Assembly (NCBI RefSeq): GCF_006345805.1
Contig: NW_021829801.1
Location: 1 to 5,901, forward strand
Reading direction: 5' to 3'
Source: Octopus sinensis
Lineage: Eukaryota
DNA length: 5,901 bases
How positions within the stretch are numbered: position 1 is the first letter of the stretch; each line of letters opens with the position of its first letter. Both the position numbers and the translations under genes were made by a program. The notes under the pieces were generated by a model. It was not told the DNA's origin. It did not search any database and saw nothing but the letters and a program-made list of their open reading frames with translations. Below are positions 5,687 to 5,901 of this stretch, in pieces.

Positions 5687-5828
5687 ATTATTATTATTAT
5701 TATTGTTATTATTATTATTATTATTGTTATTATTATTAATGTTATTACTGTTATTATTGTTATTATCGTTATTGTTATTATTATTATCGTTATTGTTATT
5801 ATTATTATTAGTATTATTATTATTGTAC

Positions 5829-5865
<37 letters not shown>

Positions 5866-5901
5866 GTTGTTGTTACTTTTATTATTATTATTATTATTAC
5901 T
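5687..5901 (+). repeat. Long imperfect (TTA)n microsatellite with TTG/TCG variants; runs off the window edge
   Basis: Seen directly. Confidence 0.95.

Noticed and set aside
5755-5810. 21-bp higher-order repeat (ttattatcgttattgttatta x2) in the TTA tract
   Set aside because: Ordinary slippage duplication within a microsatellite.
1-5901. CRISPR array or prokaryotic operon
   Set aside because: No regularly spaced repeat-spacer units and no gene-dense coding structure; the sequence is eukaryotic repeat DNA.

Overview
Eukaryotic, AT-rich, repeat-saturated non-coding DNA with no intact gene. The SINE families look like those I recall from octopus (cephalopod) genomes; this species call is inference and unverified. 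Contents, in order: (i) a same-strand pile-up of tRNA-derived SINEs of three families, labelled here A, B and C (243-2039), including a SINE C full-length-plus-truncated dimer inside one 14-bp TSD; (ii) a 5'-truncated, frameshifted R4/Dong-like non-LTR retrotransposon end (RLE C-terminus) flanked on both sides by (AAT)5; (iii) a mariner 5' fragment; (iv) three ~190-205 bp units embedded in (TA)n tracts, each carrying a minimal, non-canonical hammerhead-ribozyme-like motif of the Penelope/retrozyme type, two of them forming an inverted pair; (v) more SINE copies and long microsatellites. Of the supplied ORFs only 2414-2626 has recognisable protein homology. The most interesting candidate system is the cluster of hammerhead-like mini-retroelements at 4047-4811. 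All alignments and folds were done by eye.
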